From Stramenopiles sp. TOSAG23-2 (Eukaryota), in contig LT649298.1 of assembly GCA_900128395.1 (NCBI GenBank), forward strand, positions 1 through 42,844: a stretch of DNA of 42,844 nucleotides. Direction: 5' to 3'. The notes beneath the pieces were generated by a model. It saw nothing but the letters and a program-made list of their open reading frames with translations. It did not search any database and was not told the DNA's origin. Below, piece by piece: positions 1 to 8,964 of this stretch. Position 1 is the stretch's first letter. Each line of letters begins with the position of its first letter. The position numbers and the translations under genes are program-made.

Positions 1-668
1 TCGTCGCTTCGCTCCTCAAGAGTGAAGTGCACGAAATAGACGAGGGCACCGTGTAACGCTATACGAGGCCATCATCACTTTTACACACCATTTACCTTAA
101 ATGGATGGAATTTGGTTGTTCGACGTCTGTTTGTTCTCTGATTTCAATCCTGTCTTCATGCTGTGGCCTCTTAAAAAAATATTAAAGAAATCAATTGAAT
201 ATTAACCTTATCATTTATTCGTAGTTTCTACTGAATTGATTATTTGCTGAGAGTGTTCATAACTTTGAGAGTAATAATTAAATTTTTTATATCCTAAAAT
301 ATAAGTAAGAGAATATTATATATATAAATGTATTTTGTAATTTTAACCATCTTATTATGAATTATATTGTTTGAATGTTTTGATAGGAATTTGTAATTTT
401 TGTACTTAAATACGGAGAGAATAGATTGATTTTTGTTAAAATTCTTATAAATATTATTTATTTATAAGAATATTCTTATCGAATACTGATGGACATGTTG
501 TGTTCCTGCTAAAATAACCTATTAATGGTGTGTGTATGTATCCTTACAATTCTCTTACAATTTGAAGAAAATAAATATAGCTTCTTCTTAAAATAATAAT
601 AATAATAAAATAATAAACATTTTTTTTAGTAATAATTATTTTATAAAATTACAAACACATATGAATGT

Positions 669-959
669 TTAATCACCTGGACTTGGTGGTATTTTAACTC
701 TTTGTTTTTTCTTCTTTGGCGTTTGAAATACCTTTGGTTTTTGTTTTTTTTGGCGTTCAGGTGTTAACAACTCGCCAGGTGAAGGAGGAATGCCCACACG
801 TCGTGGATTTCTCGCTGGCGTCTTTACCTCTTTTACCGAAGGTTGGCCATCATCGTCAGAAGATGAACTTACATATGAATCCACTTTCTTGTCGGCATAA
901 AAATCGTCTTCATCGTCTATATCTACCACATCTTTTTTATTATGTTTTTTTGTTATCAT
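669..959 (-). CDS. Small hypothetical protein (96 aa), acidic N-half and basic Pro/Lys-rich C-half
   Basis: ATG-started ORF with biased composition (DIDDEDD; TPAR, TPER, TPKKKK, PPSPG twice), divergent from the carboxypeptidase gene. No recognisable domain. Confidence 0.45.
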   Translation of the reverse strand: MITKKHNKKDVVDIDDEDDFYADKKVDSYVSSSSDDDGQPSVKEVKTPARNPRRVGIPPSPGELLTPERQKKQKPKVFQTPKKKKQRVKIPPSPGD

Positions 960-1277
960 GTCTATTACCGATTGAAGGGTTTCTTGCTTTGATAGTGATA
1001 AACCGTGTTAGTATGGAGTTTTATGTCAATTTCCATAGTAAACAATTATAAATGACGGACAACGGCGTTTTCCATTTTGCCAAAAAAATTCACAACCGGC
1101 GACGGATTCCAGAAAATCCACGGATTGTAGCCGTCGGTGATGTCCGTGGCCATCACTAAGCATCCTTTCTGGCCACAGTTTGTATATAGATACATACAGA
1201 AATAGAAATGCAATAATATAATATTCTTTTGCTTACATAAAAAGTAAAAAAAACAGATACAAACAGAATAAACAAAT

Positions 1278-2924
1278 ATGGTAAAAAATTTATGTATAAA
1301 TATGCTAGCAATAGCAATGCTATTTCAACTAATAGCAGCTGCTACACCACCATCCAAGTTCGCAGTAAAATCGTTACCTGGCTGGACCGACGAGTCTGGT
1401 AATCCAAAACCTTTACCTTCTGCATGGTATACAGGTTATATTCCAGCAGGTACTCCACCTAGTGGCGAAGGAACAATGTATTTTCATTACATTATGATTG
1501 AAAGTGAACGCGATCCTGCAAATGATCCAGTTTTGTTTTGGTATAATGGTGGACCAGGTGCTTCATCATTATTTGGCATGTTGCAAGAATGGGGTCCATT
1601 ACATCTAAACCAATTAAGCTATGATGAAAAATATAATATAACAGGTATACCATCCCCAGTATATAATATGTATCGCTGGACGGAGACGCACACGTTAGTA
1701 GCAATAGACTCGCCCCCACCAATGGGATTGTCCTTTTGCTCGACAGATGGCCCAGCTGGCTCACCTACATCATGTGGTCCATGGACCGATACTACAGTAT
1801 TTGCTGCAAACCATGCTGCTCACATGAGTTTTTTCAATCATATCTTTCCAGAGTTGAAAAAAAATCCAATATTTTTTACGGGCGAATCATATGCCGGTGT
1901 TTATGTACCAGGGTTTGCAATGGAAATGTTGAAAGATAAAAATGCAAAGGACATTAATTTTCAAGGTATTGCTGTCGGTGATGGATGGACTGGTTGCAAA
2001 CCTAAACATGGTGAGCCAGCTGATTGGTGCATCGATTTAGATAATGTTGGCGTTTTTAAATATCCAAATGTGCACCCTGGGCCATGGTACGATATTGAAT
2101 TTTTTCATGGACACTCTCAATTTTCAAATGAATTATATAACGAGATTCAAAGCACATGTACGGAGGAAGAATTGAAAGGCACTGTGACAATGGGCCCAGC
2201 ATGTTTAGCGTTGATTGGAGAGATGAGTGATGAAATTGGGTATTGGTTTCCTTATAATTTGTACAATGCATGTCCAGCTGGTGCAATGTTAAATAGCAAA
2301 AATATTAATAAACATGGAATGAATCGTGCATTAAAAGCTAGGCGTGAATTTGGCAAAGCGATGAAATACAACAAACATCTTGCAAGTGACATACCATCAG
2401 CAGGTAATGGGGATTCTGGTCTTGGTAGCCCTTGTCTTGGACATGCGATGTCAACATGGTTTACATTAAATGAAACATTGGAAGCGATAGGTGCACCGCT
2501 TGATTCAAAATTTATCAACCTTGACAATGGCCATGGCTTCAATTACACTAGCAATCAACCATTTGTTGGTCCTATTTATGAAGCATTGATAAAAGCTGGC
2601 AAACGGGTTTTAATATATGAGGGTGATATGGATGCATGTGGTCTTCAAACTTCACCAGTAGAAGACATTTTTGTGCCGTTTTTTAAATCTATTGGGATGA
2701 ATAAAACTGAAAAATGGCGCCCGTGGACATTGGACGGGGCGACACAAATGGGTGGATATACAATTGATTGGAATAATGGCGCTGCAAGGTTTGTATCTAT
2801 TCGTGGTAGTGGACATTTAGCACCGTTAAATAGACCGCGTGTGACACAAAAGATGATGTTGGATTTTATTAATGATAAAGATTTACCACGGTACAATCCA
2901 CCATCGTTATCATCAGATTTGTAA
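1278..2924 (+). CDS. Secreted serine carboxypeptidase, family S10
   Basis: Signal peptide; motifs YTGYI, WYNGGPGASS, catalytic GESYAG, YEGDMD and RGSGHLAP (His). Confidence 0.96.
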   Translation: MVKNLCINMLAIAMLFQLIAAATPPSKFAVKSLPGWTDESGNPKPLPSAWYTGYIPAGTPPSGEGTMYFHYIMIESERDPANDPVLFWYNGGPGASSLFGMLQEWGPLHLNQLSYDEKYNITGIPSPVYNMYRWTETHTLVAIDSPPPMGLSFCSTDGPAGSPTSCGPWTDTTVFAANHAAHMSFFNHIFPELKKNPIFFTGESYAGVYVPGFAMEMLKDKNAKDINFQGIAVGDGWTGCKPKHGEPADWCIDLDNVGVFKYPNVHPGPWYDIEFFHGHSQFSNELYNEIQSTCTEEELKGTVTMGPACLALIGEMSDEIGYWFPYNLYNACPAGAMLNSKNINKHGMNRALKARREFGKAMKYNKHLASDIPSAGNGDSGLGSPCLGHAMSTWFTLNETLEAIGAPLDSKFINLDNGHGFNYTSNQPFVGPIYEALIKAGKRVLIYEGDMDACGLQTSPVEDIFVPFFKSIGMNKTEKWRPWTLDGATQMGGYTIDWNNGAARFVSIRGSGHLAPLNRPRVTQKMMLDFINDKDLPRYNPPSLSSDL

Positions 2925-3027
2925 AAATTTTGGGCCCAAATATTTAATACGAGTATTTTTAAAATAAATAATATGCATATATATACACATTTTATAAAAA
3001 TGGAAATAATTTTTCCAATATCTTTTT

Positions 3028-5190
3028 CTAAACAAAATCTTCGTCTTGCTGTTCCGCATTTTCACCCATGCCTGTTTCATCTGCAACCACATATTTTTCC
3101 GATGATTCCTGTGGTTGGTCCTCATCAACAGGAACTGTTGAAGCACCTTTGCCACCACCAAAGATATTCGTTTTCATTTTTTGAAAAGTCAATCCACGTA
3201 CAGGGCCATACTCTTCGCCATCTTCCTCTTCACCTTCTTTGAATTCACCATGGCCACCAAATCGTTGGTTAATTTTTAAATTTGCAAATATCATCGGAAA
3301 TCCAAATATACCTGCTAAAAATGAATAAAGTGCTAATTGTAACACGGACACTAGAAAGTCTCCACACAAAGCCTCGCCAACATTATAATATTGAGTTTTA
3401 ATAAAAACACAATTTCCTCCCTCGGATATTAACATAGCAGAATCTACAATTGCATTTGCATATGGTTTACTACCGGCTAGATCCGTTTGAAATTTTACAG
3501 TTAAATTTTGCAATAAATTCATTTTATATTGAATATGATCAATGTCTTCTTTCATCCAAGCAACTGTTTTTATACTGTTGTTTTTTACTGTCTTCAATTC
3601 ATTTGCAACTTGCGTTTGACCGAGAGCCTCAGCATTTGCTATGTCATCATCGATTGAGGTACCAGGAGCAGAGAAATTTTTATAGGTTAAACTATGTACT
3701 GTAGCATGCATTGCATCAAACTTGGAAAAAGAAAAAGAATCAGTACTGTTGAAATTATCTGATCCGCCAAAACTAAGTGAATCTTTAAAAGAAAATGCAC
3801 TTGTCATATTTAATATGTCAAATAACGAACCATTCTTGAAACATCCATCAAGAATACCAGCTGGTGTCGTGCCAGCTAATTTCATATTCCCCATATGAGG
3901 GCCTAAAGTTCCTTCAAAACTTGGATGTGGCATATCTTGTATTAAAACACATGCATCAGAAACAACGACGCCAAGCGGCAATAAAATAGCACAGATGACA
4001 AATAGAAATATTATAAATATAAACGAAAAGCACCATGCAAAATATATAAACCATGCACCTAATTTATCATCTAAAGTATCGATACATTTTATTTTGGTAC
4101 AATTTGTATATTTTCCACATAGTTCAAAGAATATGCCAATCGCAGTGAATGCCATAACAATAAATGCTACACCGAAAAACATAGAACCCATTGTAATAAT
4201 TTGGCCACGTATCGGATCTGCATTTGTCATTGTTCCTTTAACCATTTCTTTCCATGGCCCCTTAATAAAGTCAAACAAAAAGGTAGTTGATTGCGTAGCT
4301 GCATTTACAACGCCTATAATAGTTAAATTTGCCCCAACAAGTTGTACGTTTAATGTCGTTGCTGTCCCTTCCATCTCTGCAACACCTGGCTTTACATTTG
4401 CTTTCATTTCCTTTACGGTTTGATTACTATCAGATGCAACACCTTGACAAAAAGCACAAGTATAATTTGGATGAACATTTATATTTCCAACGTCACTTGA
4501 ATAATTTTGAAACAGCCCGATCACTTCGTCAGCATCATTGCCAACAACATCTGCTGGGCCTAGATTTGAATCAATGTAATTGATATTTGTTACACCTGTA
4601 GTTTTCAAATTGTTTAGCGGTTGTAGCATTGTGTTGAAAAAAAGCAAAGAAGCTATACGAAACTCTTCAAATACACATAAAATATCAGAGAGCCCGTTTA
4701 CAAATCCCGTCAAAGCTACTATTCCAAGAATACAACAAATACCGCAAGCAATTGCAAATACTGTATATACGACAACGCATGTCAATTTTTCTTTCTTTGT
4801 ATATACTTTCGAAGGTTTAAAACAGCATTTGCATCGGCACAAACGACCAAGGTTTGTACATACACAGCATAAAAAGGTGACCACAGCAAAGAAAATACCC
4901 CAAGCTGCATATGAACCAATGCCTGCACCATATGTCTGCATGTTTTCCTCTTTTTTCAACACCTTCATCAATCTATTTTCACCCCTCCATTCTTGCATAG
5001 ATTGAACAACGTCTGTATTAGTATTCGCAGTACTGGCCAATTTATTTGTGTTTGTTCCTCCCAGTTGATTTCCTGTATTCGCTGCAAGCGATACATCTTT
5101 ACAAAATTCCTCAACCTCCACTGCTTTTATTGTTAGTAAAAGAAGAATTTGTAAAAAACATAATGATTGTATTAGGTTTAGTAATTTCAT
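3028..5190 (-). CDS. Prominin/tweety-like pentaspan membrane glycoprotein
   Basis: Signal peptide, TM1, Cys-rich loop (CCVCTNLGRLCRCKCC), TM2, large N-glycosylatable loop, TM3-TM4 followed by VVSDAC, second large loop, TM5, acidic tail. Confidence 0.7.
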   Translation of the reverse strand: MKLLNLIQSLCFLQILLLLTIKAVEVEEFCKDVSLAANTGNQLGGTNTNKLASTANTNTDVVQSMQEWRGENRLMKVLKKEENMQTYGAGIGSYAAWGIFFAVVTFLCCVCTNLGRLCRCKCCFKPSKVYTKKEKLTCVVVYTVFAIACGICCILGIVALTGFVNGLSDILCVFEEFRIASLLFFNTMLQPLNNLKTTGVTNINYIDSNLGPADVVGNDADEVIGLFQNYSSDVGNINVHPNYTCAFCQGVASDSNQTVKEMKANVKPGVAEMEGTATTLNVQLVGANLTIIGVVNAATQSTTFLFDFIKGPWKEMVKGTMTNADPIRGQIITMGSMFFGVAFIVMAFTAIGIFFELCGKYTNCTKIKCIDTLDDKLGAWFIYFAWCFSFIFIIFLFVICAILLPLGVVVSDACVLIQDMPHPSFEGTLGPHMGNMKLAGTTPAGILDGCFKNGSLFDILNMTSAFSFKDSLSFGGSDNFNSTDSFSFSKFDAMHATVHSLTYKNFSAPGTSIDDDIANAEALGQTQVANELKTVKNNSIKTVAWMKEDIDHIQYKMNLLQNLTVKFQTDLAGSKPYANAIVDSAMLISEGGNCVFIKTQYYNVGEALCGDFLVSVLQLALYSFLAGIFGFPMIFANLKINQRFGGHGEFKEGEEEDGEEYGPVRGLTFQKMKTNIFGGGKGASTVPVDEDQPQESSEKYVVADETGMGENAEQQDEDFV

Positions 5191-5581
5191 GATAATACGT
5201 AATAATACGACCAGAGATTTGTGAAAGTCGACGACGTATGTAATAATGTTTAATTTAATGATATCGCTTAGATATGTCTATTTTGTTATAGTTTTTTTCA
5301 TAAATATTTTGACAACAGTCTTTTTATTAGTCATATTTACGTTTATATATCTATTGCAATATGTGTAGTAAGTATTATTATATGTTGTTATAATAGATGA
5401 TTATTATTGGTTATTTTTTCCAGCAGCTAAATACCTGGTACTATAAGAGAAAAACCTGTTGAATAATGTACATTGATTGAATAATAATATTATAACGGTG
5501 TTGGGCAAGCCAGGCAAGCCAGGCACGCAAAATAGCAACAACTGATACACAGTATTAAAAATATACTGGTATAGCTATAGT

Positions 5582-5815
5582 TACTATTAATACCTTAAAC
5601 ATAAAAAACTACTATAAAAGCTAAAGTGCTAAAGCTTCTAGAAAAATAACTTTGGTTTGCACCTTTCTGCTTTTTTTCCATATCACATGATTCATCATTA
5701 ATACTAGCTACTACCTTAAAAATAAAAAACAAGAGTCTGACGACGCAGACTAGAGAAGCTATATATAAAATAACTTTGCGCCTTTTCTTCTGCTTTTCCA
5801 TATCATCACATGATT
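5582..5815. repeat. Diverged ~120-bp tandem duplication
   Basis: 5582-5700 and 5702-5815 share TACCTTAAA(C/A)ATAAAAAAC and AAAATAACTTTG...TTCTGCTTTT..CCATATCA..CATGATT. The second copy carries the GC hairpin at 5734-5751. Confidence 0.75.
5731..5753. repeat. Short GC-rich hairpin element, copy 1
   Basis: AAG-AGTCTG-ACGACG-CAGACT-AG; related copies at 22885-22905 and 32505-32531. Confidence 0.7.
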
Positions 5816-5818
5816 ATA

Positions 5819-6853
5819 TTATATAGCTTCATCATTGTTATCTTCTGCTTCTATTATTATTTTTTCATTTACATCTATGTTTTTTTTTTCACCATCATCA
5901 TCTACATTTTCTACTATACCTTCCCCATCAACTTCTTTAATAGCAGCATCTGGTCCTCCATCGTGATCTACGCCAACTTGTGTTTGTTTTACTTTACTAA
6001 ACATAGTCTTAGCCGATTTACCTGCTTTAAATTTATCTTTAAAAGAAGTCCATTTGGACTTTGCAGATTTAAATGTTTTTGCATATTTTTGTTCTAATTC
6101 TTTCCTATTTAAAGATGGATTCGCCGTGACATCCCATTTGTCTCTCTTATCAATTGTTAGACGCTTTGAGAAACCATCCCATTTTGAATTTATATATGCG
6201 TTTGATATTCCGTTTGCAAATGAATCTCCCTCATATAAAACTCCAACGCCTTCATCATCATGAGCAATTAATTCAACTTCATCATTTCTATTTGATCTTT
6301 GCATTGTAACTTTGGATTTTTTTAATTTTTCATTTAATGTATTCCATTCTACCCTTTCTTCATGCTCCGTCGCTTCCATGACTTCGCATGTGATTGGTAT
6401 TTTGTATAAACTTCGTTCAGTAATGATCTCAAGTACATTTGTAAACTTTCCAATTGTTTGACCGTAGATACCGATTGTAACAAATTGGCTACAACCTGGT
6501 GCTAATGTGAGTGCCTCTTTCGATATAACATATATACATTCCTCGTCAGAACATAAATGTTTTGGTTTAAATGCTTTGAGACGAGCTCTTGCTGTGAAAT
6601 TACTTTTATTCATTAATTTAACTTTTAATCGATATGTATGTTCTGCCAATATTGGCCCAAAATTTAATTTACCAGGACTTATACGAAAAACTGCCTCATC
6701 AGCAACATTTTCCCAACTTGGGTTATTACTGTAACGTTTTGTTTTATCCCATCCACTAGCAGTAGTCAATAGACGAGGTTCATAGCCTAATGACTTCTGA
6801 AATTTATATGATTCATTTTGTTTATATGGTTTTGCCGTTGTGCGATGGTGCAT
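5819..6853 (-). CDS. Flagellar-associated PapD-like/ASH-domain protein
   Basis: FRISPGKLNFGPILAEHTYRLKVKLMNKS...LAPG...LEIITERSLYKIPITCEV resembles the Ig-like ASH/PapD-like domain of ciliary proteins such as the SPAG17 C-terminus. Confidence 0.7.
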   Translation of the reverse strand: MHHRTTAKPYKQNESYKFQKSLGYEPRLLTTASGWDKTKRYSNNPSWENVADEAVFRISPGKLNFGPILAEHTYRLKVKLMNKSNFTARARLKAFKPKHLCSDEECIYVISKEALTLAPGCSQFVTIGIYGQTIGKFTNVLEIITERSLYKIPITCEVMEATEHEERVEWNTLNEKLKKSKVTMQRSNRNDEVELIAHDDEGVGVLYEGDSFANGISNAYINSKWDGFSKRLTIDKRDKWDVTANPSLNRKELEQKYAKTFKSAKSKWTSFKDKFKAGKSAKTMFSKVKQTQVGVDHDGGPDAAIKEVDGEGIVENVDDDGEKKNIDVNEKIIIEAEDNNDEAI

Positions 6854-7353
6854 GTTGATCTTTTTTTGTTTTGTTTTTTTGGAATAGCTTTCGTATATAT
6901 ATATATATATATATATATAGGAGTGGAGAGATACAAACTTTTTGAAATGTGATTGTTATTTTTATTATTATAATTGTGGTTGTTTTAATGTGGTATACAT
7001 TATGTTTTGACAGCATTTTTTTTGGTTATTTTGTGATATATACTAATTTGGTTAATACTGGTATATATAACTGATATAACGTGTTGTTGTATAGTTGTGC
7101 TCACTATATTATAATACTGCAAGCTCTAGCTATTTATTTCTTATTTGTACTGTGCTACTGTCCTCCTCTGCTAGTTTCTTTTTTCTACCTGCTATTCCCT
7201 TGCTCTATGTTAAGGCTATGCTGGAGAATCATTGTGCTGTATGCCTGCTATGTGCTATTTCCATGTTAATTTATTAAAGACTACTTATATCAAGAAATTA
7301 CAACTTTTTGTAACAATCAATAGCTTGCAAAGGTCAAACTTTGCATCTGATGC

Positions 7354-7512
7354 GTCAACTTGGCCGAGTGGTGTACGTGTAATCTAACAAATATAAAAAT
7401 TGTAGATCGGTTCTCTAACAACAAAACACCTTAATTTAAAAAAATGCAGCTAAGGCGCCAGTTTCAAGCACTGGTATTTTCGAATGCGTGGGTTCGAACC
7501 CCACAGTTGACA
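7354..7512 (+). tRNA. tRNA-Leu(CAA) with a 77-nt GT-AG intron in the D-loop (exons 7354-7372 and 7450-7512)
   Basis: Joined exons give an 82-nt cloverleaf: acceptor GTCAACT/AGTTGAC (7/7), D-arm GCCG-AGTGGT^CTA-AGGC, anticodon stem CCAGT/ACTGG with loop TT-CAA-GC, long variable arm TATT-TTCG-AATG, T-arm GTGGG-TTCGAAC-CCCAC, discriminator A, followed by TTTCTTTTT. Confidence 0.95.
7373..7449 (+). other. Putative spliceosomal (U2-type) intron inside the tRNA gene
   Basis: Starts GTACGT, contains TTCTCTAAC (7411-7419) and AATCTAAC (7381-7388), ends ATGCAG. Exact GT..AG removal restores the canonical Leu D-loop AGTGGTCTAAGGC. Confidence 0.8.
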
Positions 7513-7521
7513 TTTCTTTTT
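7513..7521 (+). terminator. Pol III oligo-T terminator of tRNA-Leu
   Basis: TTTCTTTTT immediately after the discriminator base. Confidence 0.75.
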
Positions 7522-7869
7522 GCTTTTGCGGACACTGTTTTATCACTTCTTCTTGTTCTGCTGGTATCAGTGTTTTTTTTTTTGCCCTGGTTGTTGTTTT
7601 TTTGGCCTGTGTATTTTCTTTTGCCTGGTTTTGTTTCATTTCATTTTGTTTGCCATTCTGCTTCCCCTTTCTTCTGATAGTTGTCTCTTTCTTCTGCTCT
7701 TCCTTTTCTTCTCCCTACGAAACAAAAAACAAATAGAAACAAATAGCTATTATAGTTGTGAAATTTAACTCTCTCTCTCTGATCTATCAAAAAGAAAGGA
7801 CGGCCCCTTTTCGTCGCCTCCTTGGTACAACCCTATAATCTAACCTTCTCTAGTTTCTATTTTATATGT

Positions 7870-8061
7870 ATTCTTATAGTAATTATATGTTCCTAGTTAA
7901 TATTATTTCTATGTATTATTATATGTATTATTAAGTATTTATATGTTGTCTGTACCTTAATATTTATATTGTATTGTTATATGATTATATGTTAATGTTT
8001 CCTATTTTTAAGTTATTTGTCTGTTTTTCAGTACGAACCTATTCGTAAGAATGTTTTGGGA
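7870..8061. mobile_element. Dispersed AT-rich repeat, MITE-like, copy 1
   Basis: Aligns with 17351-17522, including the identical run AATGTTTCCTATTTTTAAGTTATTTGTCTGTTTTTCAGTA and then GAACCTATTCGTAAGAATGTTT. Ends show an inverted ATTCTTA...TAAGAAT. Confidence 0.7.
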
Positions 8062-8292
8062 TCAAAAAAAAAGCTCACATCTTCTCATCATCACATCAAA
8101 ATAATTGATAATTGTATGGATACACGTACACATTATTCCAATACACAATCAAACACACATAAACATTATGTGTAAATATACCAGATATATCACATACAAA
8201 AGATAATATAATAAACACAAAAGTAGACTTTATATTGACATTATTAAAAATATCCCTTATAAAGTAATCGCCCTCACAAACAAGTGTTATAT

Positions 8293-8652
8293 ATGAATGA
8301 TAATCAAAACATATATGCCACACCTGCTGGATCTAATGCAGTCAATAATAATAATAATAATAATGATATTATTAACATTACAAATAATGGGGTTTCACCC
8401 TCTCCACGCACACCACAAAGTACAAATATGAACTCTTTCTCCAATAGTAACTTTCCATTCCCAACACCACCTCCTAATTTAGGACAACGAACATATGATT
8501 TTGATGGGAAACCGGAAGAATGGAAAAAATATCAACCAAATGGTAAAGGAGTCTTGCTGCGTAGAAGATTGACAGATGGATTTCACGAAGTGGAATTAAA
8601 TAATTGGAAAGGAATTTTATACATCAAAACACTTTCAATTGATTTACCATAA
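8293..8652 (+). CDS. Hypothetical protein (~119 aa)
   Basis: ATG at 8293 after an A-rich leader; Asn/Pro-rich N-half like other genes here; compact C-terminal segment (GKGVLLRRRLTDGFHEVELNNWKGILYI) suggesting a small beta domain. Confidence 0.6.
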   Translation: MNDNQNIYATPAGSNAVNNNNNNNDIINITNNGVSPSPRTPQSTNMNSFSNSNFPFPTPPPNLGQRTYDFDGKPEEWKKYQPNGKGVLLRRRLTDGFHEVELNNWKGILYIKTLSIDLP

Positions 8653-8912
8653 AAGTAAAAAAATAGAAAAAAAAGAGAAGTGTGTGTGTGTGTGGTTGTG
8701 AAAAAAAAATGAACACGGGTATAAAAAATGTGGCACCACGTGTAATTTATAAATTTTTAATATATTAGTATAATTAATAACCATCATTATTATAAAAAAA
8801 TTAATTTAAAAATATCATATTAATATTACACGAAGTATCATACGAGTAATTATCTTTATTAATACATAGAGTACGAGTCGTACTGACATTAGTTTAAAAC
8901 TCTCTCAGAAAG

Positions 8913-8916
<4 letters not shown>

Positions 8917-8947
<31 letters not shown>

Positions 8948-8950
8948 CTC
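8917..8950. repeat. (AC)n/(CT)n microsatellite
   Basis: ACACAC... run followed by CTCTCT just 3' of the TTC12 stop codon. Confidence 0.9.
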
Positions 8951-8964
8951 TTGCCACTCTCCTC

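Noticed and set aside
441-471. 13-bp perfect inverted repeat ATTCTTATAAATA/TATTTATAAGAAT sharing ends with the MITE-like repeat
   Set aside because: Almost pure AT and plausible by chance; no further similarity to the element.
1-560. Possible multi-exon gene on the minus strand (several TTTTAG acceptors and GTTAA donors)
   Set aside because: I could not build a stop-free spliced frame or recognise a product.
7140-7270. TGCTA/CTATG-rich degenerate repeats upstream of the tRNA
   Set aside because: No regular period or spacer structure; not CRISPR-like.
7367-7452. BHB/TSEN-type non-canonical tRNA intron, or a split/permuted tRNA
   Set aside because: The 4-bp central helix required at the splice sites (AGTG/ATGC) does not pair, and the halves are colinear.
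7436-7768. Short ORFs overlapping the tRNA and downstream T-rich tract
   Set aside because: Low-complexity frames overlapping a clear tRNA gene.
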